Shown piece by piece: positions 1 to 9,385 of a stretch of DNA of 58,184 bases. The DNA comes from an uncultured Spirochaetota bacterium (lineage in GTDB: Bacteria > Spirochaetota > Spirochaetia > SZUA-6 > Fen-1364). Where the stretch lies: the NCBI GenBank assembly GCA_963745235.1, contig CAVUXE010000018.1, positions 1 to 58,184 of the forward strand. The letters are read 5' to 3'. Each line of letters begins with the position of its first letter. Position 1 is the stretch's first letter. The notes below the pieces were generated by a model. The model was not told the origin of the DNA. It saw nothing but the letters and a program-made list of their open reading frames with translations, and ran no database searches. Position numbers and translations under genes: made by a program.

Positions 1-1578
1 TGGTTCCGCATGCAGAAGCTGCTCTTTCCTTCTCGACGATACTACGGGGCGGAACTGCGATGGATCGCTCCGACCTATCATGCGATCCACCTGGTACTCG
101 ACAGCCCGGTCTACGCGGGAGTATATCTGTACGGCAGAACGCGACAGGAGCGCTACATCGATGATGCCGGTCAGCTTCGCAGCAGACTACGACGTCTTGC
201 CCCTTCGGAATGGCAGGTGATGATCCACGATCACCACCAAGGCTACATCGACTGGCAGACCTACGAAATGAACCGGGCACGTATCGCAGGCAACGCCCAC
301 CCAACACCCCATCAAGCCGGTGGGGCCATCCGGGAGGGAGCGGCGCTTCTGCAAGGACTGGCCACTTGTGGGCGCTGCGGTCGGAAACTGAAGGTCTACT
401 ACCAGGGGCAAAACTCCACGCCCGGCTATCACTGCCCCGGGACAGTTCTCGTAAACGAAAAGGCGCTTTGGTGCCTTCGCATCGGCGGGGTACGCATCGA
501 CCGCGCCGTCACAGAGGCGTTTCTGGATACAATCACTCCGGCGGGAGTCGACGCAGTGTTGGCCGTCGAGAGCGAGATCGAAGCCGATCACGATGCTGCA
601 CTCACACAGTGGAGCCTGCATGTGGAGCGAGCGCAGTACGAGGCGGATCGAGCCGAACGGCGCTACCGCACCGTGGAGCCGGAGAACCGCCTAGTAGCGC
701 GCACGCTGGAACAGGAGTGGGAGAAACGGCTGAGCGAACTTGCTTCAGCCAAGACAGAACTCGAAGATCGCCGTCGGCTGCGCCCCCGTTTGCTCACTGA
801 GGTGCAACGCGCACAGCTGCGCGCGTTGGGTACGGACCTCCGATCAGTTTGGTCTGCTCCGACCACAACGGACCGCGACCGCAAGGAGTTGCTTCAGATA
901 CTACTGGAGGAAGTTTGCATCGCGGTGGATCGGAGCTCCTCCATGGCGCACCTGACGTTACGTTGGCGCGGCGGCGCCATTACCGAGCTCGATGTGCTGG
1001 CCCGATCACCTCATGTGCCAGCCCTGCGGACCGACGAAGAAACCATCGAACTGGCCCGACGGCTTGCACCGCATTATTCAGATGCAGTGATTGCCGGTAT
1101 TTTGAATAGACAGGGCAGACGGACCGTCCGTGGCGAACGCTTCATCGCGATCAGTATCAACAATCTTCGCCGTTATTGGAAACTTCCCCACTTCGAGCCG
1201 AGTGCGCCCTCGACGGAGGGAGAGCTTGCTACAGTGAAAGTTGCGGCAAAGATTCTCGGGGTGGCGTCATCGACTTTGCATCGCTGCCTCAACGACGGCA
1301 TCATCGTGGGCGAGCAACTCACACCGGGAGCGCCGTGGCGAATCCGGATTACCAACGAGCTCCGCGCCCTATTTGTACAGGAAGCTCCGAAAGGATACGT
1401 TCCGATCCTGGAGGCAATGCGCATTTTGGGAGTGTCTCGTCAGACGGTGTTGCAGCGTGTAAAGCGCGGCCAGCTCAAGGCACTCCATGTCAGCCGTGGT
1501 CGACGTAAAGGCTTACGCATCAACGTTTTGGATGCCCAAATGCCTCTCTTCGACGGCAGTCCATCAGAGGGGGTGTAG
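1..1578 (+). CDS. Large serine recombinase, C-terminal part (recombinase domain, Zn ribbon, coiled coil, two C-terminal HTH-like motifs); 5' end lies outside the window
   Basis: Frame is open from base 1 (WFRMQKLLFP). Motifs PVYAGVYLYG, HHQGYIDWQTYE, LLQGLATCGRCG..YHC, VEPENRLVARTLEQEW and HTH-like AAKILGVASSTL / AMRILGVSRQTV. Confidence 0.85.
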   Translation, partial: WFRMQKLLFPSRRYYGAELRWIAPTYHAIHLVLDSPVYAGVYLYGRTRQERYIDDAGQLRSRLRRLAPSEWQVMIHDHHQGYIDWQTYEMNRARIAGNAHPTPHQAGGAIREGAALLQGLATCGRCGRKLKVYYQGQNSTPGYHCPGTVLVNEKALWCLRIGGVRIDRAVTEAFLDTITPAGVDAVLAVESEIEADHDAALTQWSLHVERAQYEADRAERRYRTVEPENRLVARTLEQEWEKRLSELASAKTELEDRRRLRPRLLTEVQRAQLRALGTDLRSVWSAPTTTDRDRKELLQILLEEVCIAVDRSSSMAHLTLRWRGGAITELDVLARSPHVPALRTDEETIELARRLAPHYSDAVIAGILNRQGRRTVRGERFIAISINNLRRYWKLPHFEPSAPSTEGELATVKVAAKILGVASSTLHRCLNDGIIVGEQLTPGAPWRIRITNELRALFVQEAPKGYVPILEAMRILGVSRQTVLQRVKRGQLKALHVSRGRRKGLRINVLDAQMPLFDGSPSEGV

Positions 1579-1587
1579 TGTGAACAT
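1..1587 (+). mobile_element. Right part of a serine-recombinase-encoding mobile element; right end about 1585-1590
   Basis: The recombinase stop (1576-1578) is followed about 10 bp later by group II RT coding sequence that is cut mid-motif. The exact boundary is inferred. Confidence 0.6.
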
Positions 1588-2233
1588 GGGTCCAAAAAGC
1601 CACGAATGTCGGCGTCCAGCACCCAGTTCACCTTCTTCCGTAGGATCCCGACAGCTAGCGCATCCAGCGCTTGGTGCTGACCGCGTCCGGGTCGAAATCC
1701 ATACGAGAAGCCCAGGAAGTCCTCCTCATAGACAGCGTTGAGCACCTCGACAACGGCGCCCTGGACGATCTTGTCTTCCAAGGCTGCAATTCCGAGCGGC
1801 CGAAGCCGCCCATCCGCCTTCGGGATGTACGCCCTTCGGGAGGGTCGTGCCCGGTAGCTCCCACGACGCAGTCCGGCATGCAACGCTCGGAGGTTGTCCT
1901 CCAGCTGCTCCCCGTACTGCTGCCAAGTGACTCCATCTGTCCCCGGGGCGGCTTCCCGCTTGATGGTGAGGTACGCCTCCCGAAGTCTTTCCAGCGTCAC
2001 ATGGTGTGGAAGAGCGGTAAACTACGCCCCCTTGTCTTGGCGGGCGATTTGACGCACCCGTTCCAGCGCACTAGGTCACCGGTCCGGCTCTGGGTCCGGG
2101 GTGTGTCTTGCTGGCTCGGGTTCCTCTTGGCCTGTCCCCTTCCCTCCACTGCCTCCGCTGCCGGTCGCCCGACGTTCTTCGGCGGCTTCTCAGGTACTAT
2201 AGGACAGTCCGACCTCCCAGGGGCGTTCATCAT
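1587..2233 (-). pseudogene. ltrA: Group II intron reverse transcriptase/maturase (LtrA-like), N-terminal fragment
   Basis: Motifs AAPGTDG, YIPKADGRLRPLGIAALEDKIVQ, FLGFSYGFRPGR and WVLDADIRGF. Frameshift near 2072, in-frame TAG at 2022-2024, and truncation before the YADD motif. Confidence 0.9.
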
Positions 2234-2240
2234 GGGCGGA
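1587..2240 (-). mobile_element. Group II intron remnant, 5'-truncated (starts near domain III) and cut at its 3' side by the recombinase element
   Basis: Minus strand AGGTCGGACTGTCCTATAGTACCTGAGAAG...GTGGAGGGAAGGG resembles intron domain III overlapping the RT start. Above about 2240 the sequence is ankyrin-gene ORF rather than intron domains I-II. Confidence 0.7.
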
Positions 2241-2793
2241 CATCGAAAATATCCATCAGCAAAGAGAACAAACCTGACGATACAAAGAAGTATCTGCAGG
2301 ACAACGGGCAGGGGACGCCTTGGCTCGATCGCGAGATACATTCTGCGTGGACGATCCCTACAGGAATGAGTGACAAGGACTTTCGTGATTTGGTGGAAAC
2401 CGGCTCACCTGAAAGCATAGAAGCCGCTGTCAAAAACGGAGCGAACGTAAATGCTCGGGATACGAACGGTACAACTATGCTAATGTACGCCGCTTGGCAC
2501 AATCAAAACCCGGTTCCGATCTCTGTGCTTCTGAACGCCGGCGCAAACGTGAAAGCTCGGTCAAGCGATGGATCTAGTGCACTTGTGTTCGCTGCGAGGC
2601 ATACCCGGAATGCTGAGGTAGTCACCACGCTTCTAAAGTCTGGTGCCGATATCAATGCTCAGACGAAGCGAGGCAACAATGCGCTAATGCTGGCGGCACG
2701 CTACAACCAGACCTTGAAGTTATCACGACCCTCCTGACCGCAGGAGCGGACACGAAGGTGATAAATATTGATGGCAGGCAACAGAGGGTGTAG
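2241..2793 (+). pseudogene. Ankyrin-repeat protein, 5'-truncated and frameshifted near 2710
   Basis: DFRDLVETGSPE cap plus repeats GTTMLMYAAWHNQN, GSSALVFAARH and GNNALMLAARYNQ. A second frame continues EVITTLLTAGADTKVINIDGR to TAG at 2791-2793. No signal peptide or RBS-supported start. Confidence 0.75.
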
Positions 2794-2827
2794 AGTCAAT
2801 CCTGGCAGTCACCCAAGGAGGGAACGC

Positions 2828-3784
2828 ATGAAGAAGCTAATGATGACCTTGTCGGTGTGCCTGTTCTTTGCTTCTGTTGCCTTCGCGCAAGACTTCTTCG
2901 AAATCGTTAGGACAGGAACATCCCAGCAAGTCGAGGCGGCAATAACTGCGGGAGCCAAGGTCAATGACCAAAACAAGTCCGGCGCGACGCCTCTTATGCT
3001 TGCGGCAGCTTTCAACCAGAACCCCCAAGTTATCACGACCCTCGTGAGGGCCGGAGCAAGGATCAACGCAACTACATCCGACGGCGGGACGCCCCTCATG
3101 TTCGCGGCGGCCGCCAATAGAAACTCCGAGATCATCACTGCCTTGCTAAAGGCCGGGGCGGACGTTACCGACCGGGACAACAGTGGCCGGACGGCTCTGA
3201 TATCCGCGGCTATGAACAATCAGAACCCGGAGGTCGTCGCTGTCTTGCTGAAGGACGGGGCAAGCCTGGACGACAGGGACAACAATGGCCTGACGCCCTT
3301 GATGTACGCGGCTGCCGCCAATAAGAACTCTGAGATCATCACTGCCTTGCTAAAGGCCGGGGCGGACGTTAACGGCCGGGACAATAACCTCTGGACGCCT
3401 CTGATGTGGGCGGTATGGAAAAATCAGGGCCTCCAAGTTATCACCATTTTGCTAAAGGCCGGGGCGAACGTTAACGACCGGGACAACAATGGCTTGACGC
3501 CCTTGATGTACGCAGCGGCGGCCAGCAAAACCCCCGAGGTGATCAACATCCTACTTGAGGCCGGGGCGAAGCTTGACGAGCAGGCAGACGACGGCTTGAC
3601 GCCTCTGATGTGGGCGGCATGGAAAAATCAAAACCCCGGAATCATCAGCGCTTTACTGAAAGCCGGGGCAGACGCCTCTATCATATCCAAAGACGGAAAA
3701 AGGGCTCTTGACTACGCTGCACTTAACGAGAAGCTTAAGGATACAAAAGCATACGAGGCGCTAAAGGCTGAGACGAGGGAGTAA
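2828..3784 (+). CDS. Secreted ankyrin-repeat protein (7 full 34-aa repeats plus caps)
   Basis: AAGGAG RBS; signal peptide MKKLMMTLSVCLFFASVAFA; repeated TPLMxAAxxNxN..LLKAGA. Confidence 0.92.
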   Translation: MKKLMMTLSVCLFFASVAFAQDFFEIVRTGTSQQVEAAITAGAKVNDQNKSGATPLMLAAAFNQNPQVITTLVRAGARINATTSDGGTPLMFAAAANRNSEIITALLKAGADVTDRDNSGRTALISAAMNNQNPEVVAVLLKDGASLDDRDNNGLTPLMYAAAANKNSEIITALLKAGADVNGRDNNLWTPLMWAVWKNQGLQVITILLKAGANVNDRDNNGLTPLMYAAAASKTPEVINILLEAGAKLDEQADDGLTPLMWAAWKNQNPGIISALLKAGADASIISKDGKRALDYAALNEKLKDTKAYEALKAETRE

Positions 3785-3990
3785 GTTCTCCTCGCCCTCA
3801 GGCCCTCCGGGACGCGATGCGATGCGAGGACCTCCCTGATCGTCACACGCAAACCTGCTGCTATAACCACCATCTGGCGTCCATCAAGAGCAGCCTTCGA
3901 GAAGTCTGGCGCTTCTGGCGACTTGACACATGGATTGTTGGATCTTGAAGCTGTCCCCGTCCCTCGCTATCCTGCCTCAAGGACGGTCCG

Positions 3991-5500
3991 ATGGCATACT
4001 TCTATTCCGAGCCTTCCCACACCTTCAGTGAGTACCTTCTTATTCCGAATCTGAGCCGAAAGGACTGCACGCCGGCGGATATTGACCTGAGCGCGCCCAT
4101 GGTCAAGCACAAAAAGGGCGAAAAAGCGGCGGTTCGTCTCAATATCCCTTTTGCCTCAGCAATCATGCAGTCGGTATCTGACCACCAGTTGGCCATCGCT
4201 CTTGCCCGGTGCGGTGGAATTGCCTTCGTCTTCGCCTCGCAGCCGGTCGGGAGCCAGGCGGACATGGTTGGCAGGGCAAAACGGTTCAAGGCCGGCTTTG
4301 TTCCCAGCGACTCCAACCTCCGATCCAGCGACACACTTCGGGACGTGCTCGCCCTTCGAGACCGCAGCGGGCATACGACGATGGCCGTTACTGAAGACGG
4401 CTCCCCCGCGGGGAAGCTCCTGGGCATGCTGACCAGCAGGGACTACAGGCTGACCACAACTCCGCCCGACGCCAGGGTTGGAGACCTGATGACAAAGTTT
4501 CCCGATCTCATCTACGGGAAGGAAGGGATCGGTCTCTCGGAGGCAAATGACCTCATCTGGAAGCACAAGCTCAACTGTCTTCCGGTGATCAGCCGGGATG
4601 GAAACCTGGCCTACCTAGTCTTTCGAAAGGATTACGCGGAGCACAAGGAAAACCCCCGGGAGCTCGTGGATGCCAACAAGAGGCTTGTGGTTGGGGCAGG
4701 GATCAACACGCGGGACTACCGGGAGAGAGTCCCCGCGCTCGTTTCTGCCGGCGCGGACGTACTGTGCATCGACTCCTCCGATGGTTTTTCGGAGTGGCAA
4801 GCCGATACTGTACAGTGGATCAGGAAATCCTACGGGGAATCGGTGAAGGTCGGCGGTGGAAATGTCGTTGACGCCGAAGGCTTTCGATTCCTCGTCGAAG
4901 CAGGAGTGGATTTTGTGAAGGTCGGAATAGGCGGCGGATCTATCTGCATCACAAGGGAACAAAAGGGAATCGGGAGGGGACAGGCGACGGCTGTCATCGA
5001 AGTTGCCGCGGCCCGGGACGAGTACTTCAGGAAGACAGGAACGTACGTTCCCGTCTGCTCGGACGGCGGAATCGTTCAGGACTACCACATCGTTCTTGCC
5101 CTCGCCATGGGCGCGGATTTCGTCATGATGGGCAGGTTCTTTGCCAGGTTCGACGAGGCGCCCGGGCAGGCGCTTGCGCGTCGGCGGCTAATTTGTGAAG
5201 GAATACTGGGGGGAGGGCTCAAACAGGGCGCGGAACTGGCAGCGCTATCACGAGGCGGGGCAGGTCGGACCGGGCTTCGAGGAGGGCGTGGACGGCTATG
5301 TCCCCTATGCGGGCAAGCTCAAGGACAACCTGGACATCACGCTGGACAAGATTCGAAGCGCCATGGTGAGCTGCGGCGCGTTGTCAATTGCAGAGCTGCA
5401 GGCAAGAGCACGAATCACGCTCGCCTCCGCCGTGAGCATCCGCGAGGGCGGCGCGCATGATATCGTGCTGAAGGAAAACGAGATAATTCCAACCGCATGA
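3991..5500 (+). CDS. guaB: IMP dehydrogenase with CBS pair; frameshift and TAA at about 5165-5191 (probable sequence error)
   Basis: Catalytic loop [18 protein letters not shown] and MMGRFFA; C-terminal [14 protein letters not shown] in a second frame (5195-5500). Confidence 0.93.
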
Positions 5501-5510
5501 GGAAAGAGAC

Positions 5511-5903
5511 ATGAAAAGGATTGCACTCTTCGCGGCTCTCTTCGGGTTCTTCGCCTTTGCCGTCCTCAGGCCGTCCGCGGACGTGCGCGTAGTGGGCGCC
5601 CTCGGAGCCGGTCTGGGAGTGGAAGGCCGCAAGGGGTTCCTGGGGCCGTCCAACACCCACACGAGCTTTGTCGTCCGCTCGGATGAGTCCGTGGCCTACC
5701 TGCTGTTCATCTGGGACGGCGCTGAGCTGCAGCCCTGGGTCCGCGTGGAGAAGAAGGGATCCCCGATCGTGCAGGTCGACCTGATGCAGGGGAACAGGGT
5801 GACCCTGAGCGGCAAGGGGACGTATACGCTCACCATCTCGGCCCACGCGGGCAGCGGCCACTGGATGTGTGTCGTCCTCGGCGGCCGCGAGTGGGATCCC
5901 TAG
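5511..5903 (+). CDS. Hypothetical exported protein
   Basis: Purine-rich RBS, hydrophobic N-terminal signal, host-like GC3-rich codons. Confidence 0.7.
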   Translation: MKRIALFAALFGFFAFAVLRPSADVRVVGALGAGLGVEGRKGFLGPSNTHTSFVVRSDESVAYLLFIWDGAELQPWVRVEKKGSPIVQVDLMQGNRVTLSGKGTYTLTISAHAGSGHWMCVVLGGREWDP

Positions 5904-5909
5904 ACACTA

Positions 5910-6677
5910 CTACAACCCCACGATGTTGTAGCCGGTGTCCACGAAGTGGATATCGCCCGTGACGCCGCTCGCCAGGTCTGAAAGCAGGTACAGCGCGGAC
6001 TTTCCCACTTCCGCCTGGGTCACAGAACGGTGCATGGGGGACCGACTTTCCATGATTCCGAAGATTTCACTGATGTTCGATATGGCGGAGGCCGCAAGAG
6101 TACGGATGGGGCCCGCCGAAATCGCGTTCACCCGGATTGCGCTCTCTCCCAGCTCCGCGGCGAGGTAGCGCACGGTTGCCTCCAGGGCGGCCTTGGCAAC
6201 CCCCATCACGTTGTAGTTCGGCACCGCGCGCTGCGAGCCAAGATAGGTGAGCGTAATGATGGACCCGCCCTTCGTCATCAGCCGCAGGGCCGCCCGGGTC
6301 ACGGCAATCAGAGAGTACGCGCTGATATCCAGGGCAATGCGAAACCCCTCGCGTGTTGTCTGGTGAAAGGGGAGCTTCAGCTCCTCCCGCCCCGCGTACG
6401 CCACCGAATGGACGATGAAGTCCAGGGAGCCCCACTTCTGCTCGATCTCGGTGTAGACCCCCTCGATCTCCTCATCGTTCTGCACGTCGCAGCGCAGAAT
6501 GAGATCTGACCCGAGGCTCTCCGCAAGCGGCCGGACTCTCTTTTCGAATACCTCGTTGAGGTAGGTGAACGCCAGGGACGCACCTTCCTCGTGAAGGGTC
6601 CGCGCGATTCCCCACGCGATGCTCCTGTCGTTTGCGACGCCGAAAATGATGCCTTTCTTTCCGGTCATCAGGCCCAT
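5910..6677 (-). CDS. fabI: Enoyl-ACP reductase (NADH)
   Basis: GVANDRSIAWGIA, YNVMGVAKAALE, VNAISAGPIRTLAAS; GGAGG RBS before ATG 6677. Confidence 0.96.
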   Translation of the reverse strand: MGLMTGKKGIIFGVANDRSIAWGIARTLHEEGASLAFTYLNEVFEKRVRPLAESLGSDLILRCDVQNDEEIEGVYTEIEQKWGSLDFIVHSVAYAGREELKLPFHQTTREGFRIALDISAYSLIAVTRAALRLMTKGGSIITLTYLGSQRAVPNYNVMGVAKAALEATVRYLAAELGESAIRVNAISAGPIRTLAASAISNISEIFGIMESRSPMHRSVTQAEVGKSALYLLSDLASGVTGDIHFVDTGYNIVGL

Positions 6678-6746
6678 CGATGCACCTCCCTTTTCAGGCT
6701 CACTCTTGTACCAGATAGCCTCAGACGGTGCAAGGGACAAAACCCC

Positions 6747-6774
6747 TTGACGCGAAGCGCAACCTGCATAGACT
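6747..6774 (+). promoter_or_regulatory. Putative sigma70 promoter for the beta-barrel gene
   Basis: TTGACG-N16-TAGACT upstream of 6818. Confidence 0.45.
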
Positions 6775-6817
6775 TTCCTTTGTATAGGACAACGACGGAC
6801 GTTATTGGAGGTCCAGA

Positions 6818-7354
6818 ATGAAAAGGCTGCTGCTCCCCATCCTCGTGCTCGTGCTGGTGGGCTATCTCGCCTTCGCCGAAGGCGCGCCGAAAGGGGGCGA
6901 GTTCGGCATCCAGGGCGGTGTGAACTTCACTTCCCTGGGCTTTGGCGCCTTCAATCCAAACGGGTCTCTTGGCGCGAAGTACTTTGTGAACGATAACATC
7001 GCGCTCCGTGCAGGATTCGGCATCGTCAACAACTCTGCCGCTGGAGGCAATACCGGCTACACTTTGGGCGCGGGCTTTGAATATCACTTCGCCGGCAAAG
7101 GTGGTGTATCGCCCTATATAGGCGCCGCACTCAGCTATAGTGGAGAATCCCTCTCGGGAGGAGCGCCTTCGCAGAGCGATCTGGGAATCAAGGCCGTCTT
7201 TGGCGGAGAATACTTCTTTTCCAATAACTTCTCATGGGCCGGTGAGCTCGGGCTGGGTTATGACTCCTTCTACAATCCCGGCCCTCCCGCCACGACCACT
7301 ACATCCATTGGCACAGTCGGCTTCGGAAGCTTCCTGACCTACTACATCAATTAG
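6818..7354 (+). CDS. Small outer-membrane beta-barrel protein
   Basis: Signal peptide, alternating Gly/aromatic strands (LGAGFEYHF, SPYIGAALSY, FGGEYFF) and aromatic-rich C-terminus (FLTYYIN). Confidence 0.8.
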   Translation: MKRLLLPILVLVLVGYLAFAEGAPKGGEFGIQGGVNFTSLGFGAFNPNGSLGAKYFVNDNIALRAGFGIVNNSAAGGNTGYTLGAGFEYHFAGKGGVSPYIGAALSYSGESLSGGAPSQSDLGIKAVFGGEYFFSNNFSWAGELGLGYDSFYNPGPPATTTTSIGTVGFGSFLTYYIN

Positions 7355-7360
7355 CCCCGC

Positions 7361-7397
7361 GGGCGTCCCGGACACGCGTTGGGACGCCCCCCATTTT
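7361..7397 (+). terminator. Hairpin terminator between convergent genes
   Basis: GGGCGTCCC...GGGACGCCC stem followed by CCCATTTT. Confidence 0.55.
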
Positions 7398-7404
7398 CGG
7401 GCTC

Positions 7405-7599
7405 TCAGTCCACAATCCCTTTCAGCGCTTGAGACGCCGTGTAGAGAGTCCCCTCACCTCCCAGCTGAGCAGCCACCCGTAATGTTTCCGCGATCTCCTG
7501 CCTGGTCGCTCCCGCCGCTATGGCTTCCCGCGCCAAGGCCGCAACGCCGTTTGTCGCTCCGTGCGCCGCATCGAATGCCAGGGCCATCAGGTACTTGAT
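7405..7599 (-). pseudogene. Carboxymuconolactone decarboxylase (AhpD-like) family gene, C-terminal half
   Basis: IKYLMALAFDAAHGATNGVAALAREAIAAGATRQEIAETLRVA matches the CMD fold. The N-terminal half is at 9511-9618. Confidence 0.85.
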
Positions 7600-7687
7600 A
7601 TCACATTGCGCTAAGAGCACAGGGCAAGCGACGAAAAAAGAACAGTAGCAACCGCTGATTTGCTGATAGCGACAAAGACAAGACAAG

Positions 7688-8281
7688 TTAGAAAAGCCGT
7701 TGGCGCCTACTACGCCCCGACATCGAAAAGCTGCTGCCTCCAGGGGCGTCACCGAAAAAGTAGCGATCGAGAATGAAGCCGGCATGGTTGGCGATCCATA
7801 CAGCCCTTGATTGCCGATCCGTTGGTGCTATCTTTCGTTCCAGGGTCCGCTTGCTGTCCTGGATCTCTCTGTCGCGATTTGGTGCCAGGTCGAATCCATA
7901 TTTGGCGAGAGCCAAGTCAACCTGGGGATCGAGCAACGCCGAGTTCAACGCCTCCGCATCGTACGAGCCTTTGATCGATGGGAATCCCTGCACTTTTTGG
8001 AGCGGGTGTCCCAATTCGTGAGCAACGTCAAAGGCGTCTTCCGGTTAGCGCAGATGAATTTCTCGCCTCTGCAGGGTGATCTGCGCGCGTATACCTTGGG
8101 GCAAATCTGTATCATGAAAGATTACTAGTTCGCGCAAGTGAGGGCCGACGTCACCGACGTCACGATAGTACTTGCTGAACGGCTCGTACTCCCTAGACAG
8201 CTTTTCAAAGTGTTTGTGCGAATCAAGCGGTGCTTTCAAAGCCTCGTCCCGTCTGACATATCCTAAATTGTGTGATCTCAC
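7688..8281 (-). pseudogene. HExxH-motif (zincin-like) protein with in-frame TAA at 8045-8047
   Basis: ORFs 8045-8281 and 7688-8014 share a frame. Read-through gives EIHLR*PEDAFDVAHELGHPLQKVQGFP. Confidence 0.55.
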
Positions 8282-9075
8282 CGTCCCGTGGGCCCACTCA
8301 GAGGGCCGTCCGGCTCCCCAGGACGCGGCCAGGGGCCGCCAAGAGTGACGCCCGTCCTCATCGCCCCCACGTGACCAACCCCCACAACGCCCACTGCTGC
8401 GCTGGCCGCTGCCCCGACCGCAGGGCTGTCATTCTGTTTCAGTAAAGAAAGGACGAGCGACCGCTGCTTGCCACGAAGCTCTTCAAGCCGAACCGACAAG
8501 AGCTTTCGCCATTTCGGAAATCGTGAAAGGAGCGCCGCGATCTCAAATGCCGTGGCGAGGTCTTTTTCGCGTTTCTCTTTTTTCGTGCGTCGTTGACTGA
8601 CCAGCAATTTGTTAAAGCAGAATCGTATCGGGTCGGGAATCCTGATCTTGTATTTCCCGTACCGTACTTCAAGCGGATCCACCATCAGCATGTCGACAAG
8701 GCGCAGACTTGACGCTCGGATAGCAAGTTCTTTGATGAGATAAGGCTTCTCATCCCCCCTTCCCCTTTCGGGGACCAGGAACTCTATTTCCGCCTCGGGG
8801 GTGGCGAACTTGGTAGTTCCATCCTCACCGTAGATCCGGTCGAATCAACGGGCCACGAGTGCTTCTTCGAGGTTTCCTACTGGCTTGATGACGGGAGGGC
8901 GCGCGAAAAGAATGTCGATGTCACCGGTGCGCAGTACGGAGAGCTCCGGGGGATTCTTGAAATATCGACGGTAGAGGTGTTGCGCCCACCCCCCGATGAT
9001 TACAACGCTCGAGAGGATTCCGACTTCCTCGAGAGCTTGGAGGACGGAAGTGAAAAGCTCGAAGTCATCGGACAC
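8278..9075 (-). pseudogene. Nucleotidyltransferase-fold protein (GSU2403-like) with in-frame TGA at 8845-8847
   Basis: IIGGWA..RTGDIDI, IEFLVP and PDPIRFCFNKLLVSQRR..KREKD motifs lie in one frame across the stop. Confidence 0.8.
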
Positions 9076-9373
9076 TGAGCATCTTCTTCAGACGCGCCGC
9101 GCTCGCATCGACTGCCTTGATTTCCGCACGAATCTTGCGCCGTTGACTCAGGGAGGCGGAGAGTTTTTTTGCCTCTGGGGATGACGCCGGCCCAATGTAT
9201 ACCGTCACAACGCGGCTGCCCTTACGATATGAACGATAGGCATACCGGCGCCCGCTCCTTTGCTTGATGACGACAGAGCCCGGGGGAATGGCTGCGTTCT
9301 TCGCAACATAGTGCGCACGGAGCGACCGCAGGCGCGCGATCTCCTCTTTGAGGATAGAATCTATGACTGCCAT
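9065..9373 (-). CDS. Small basic protein, putative antitoxin/DNA-binding partner of the nucleotidyltransferase
   Basis: 102 aa, Arg/Lys-rich, GSVVIKQRSGRRYAYRSYRKGSRVVTVYIG core flanked by helices; overlaps the downstream gene start. Confidence 0.75.
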   Translation of the reverse strand: MAVIDSILKEEIARLRSLRAHYVAKNAAIPPGSVVIKQRSGRRYAYRSYRKGSRVVTVYIGPASSPEAKKLSASLSQRRKIRAEIKAVDASAARLKKMLSVR

Positions 9374-9385
9374 AAACGTGCCCCC

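Noticed and set aside
1587-3784. RT next to repeat-rich ankyrin genes as a diversity-generating retroelement or retron
   Set aside because: RT motifs and the domain III-like RNA are group II intron type, the RT is broken, and repeat differences are not adenine-specific template/variable pairs.
2241-3990. Tandem lower-GC ankyrin genes as integron cassettes
   Set aside because: No attC-like RYYYAAC...GTTRRRY palindromes and no integron integrase are visible.
3785-3990. Possible purine riboswitch upstream of guaB
   Set aside because: No purine-riboswitch core consensus or terminator/antiterminator could be recognised.
5160-5200. Programmed frameshift or true pseudogene in guaB (likewise thrB and PIN-PhoH)
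   Set aside because: No slippery heptamer, and similar breaks are scattered over many unrelated genes, so sequence error is more parsimonious.
7600-7785. N-terminal 62 codons of ORF 7405-7785
   Set aside because: They are insert sequence fused by chance. The true N-terminus is at 9511-9618.
8845-8847. In-frame TGA as selenocysteine or an alternative genetic code
   Set aside because: The position looks like a Gly rather than a catalytic Cys, and TGA ends many normal genes in this window.
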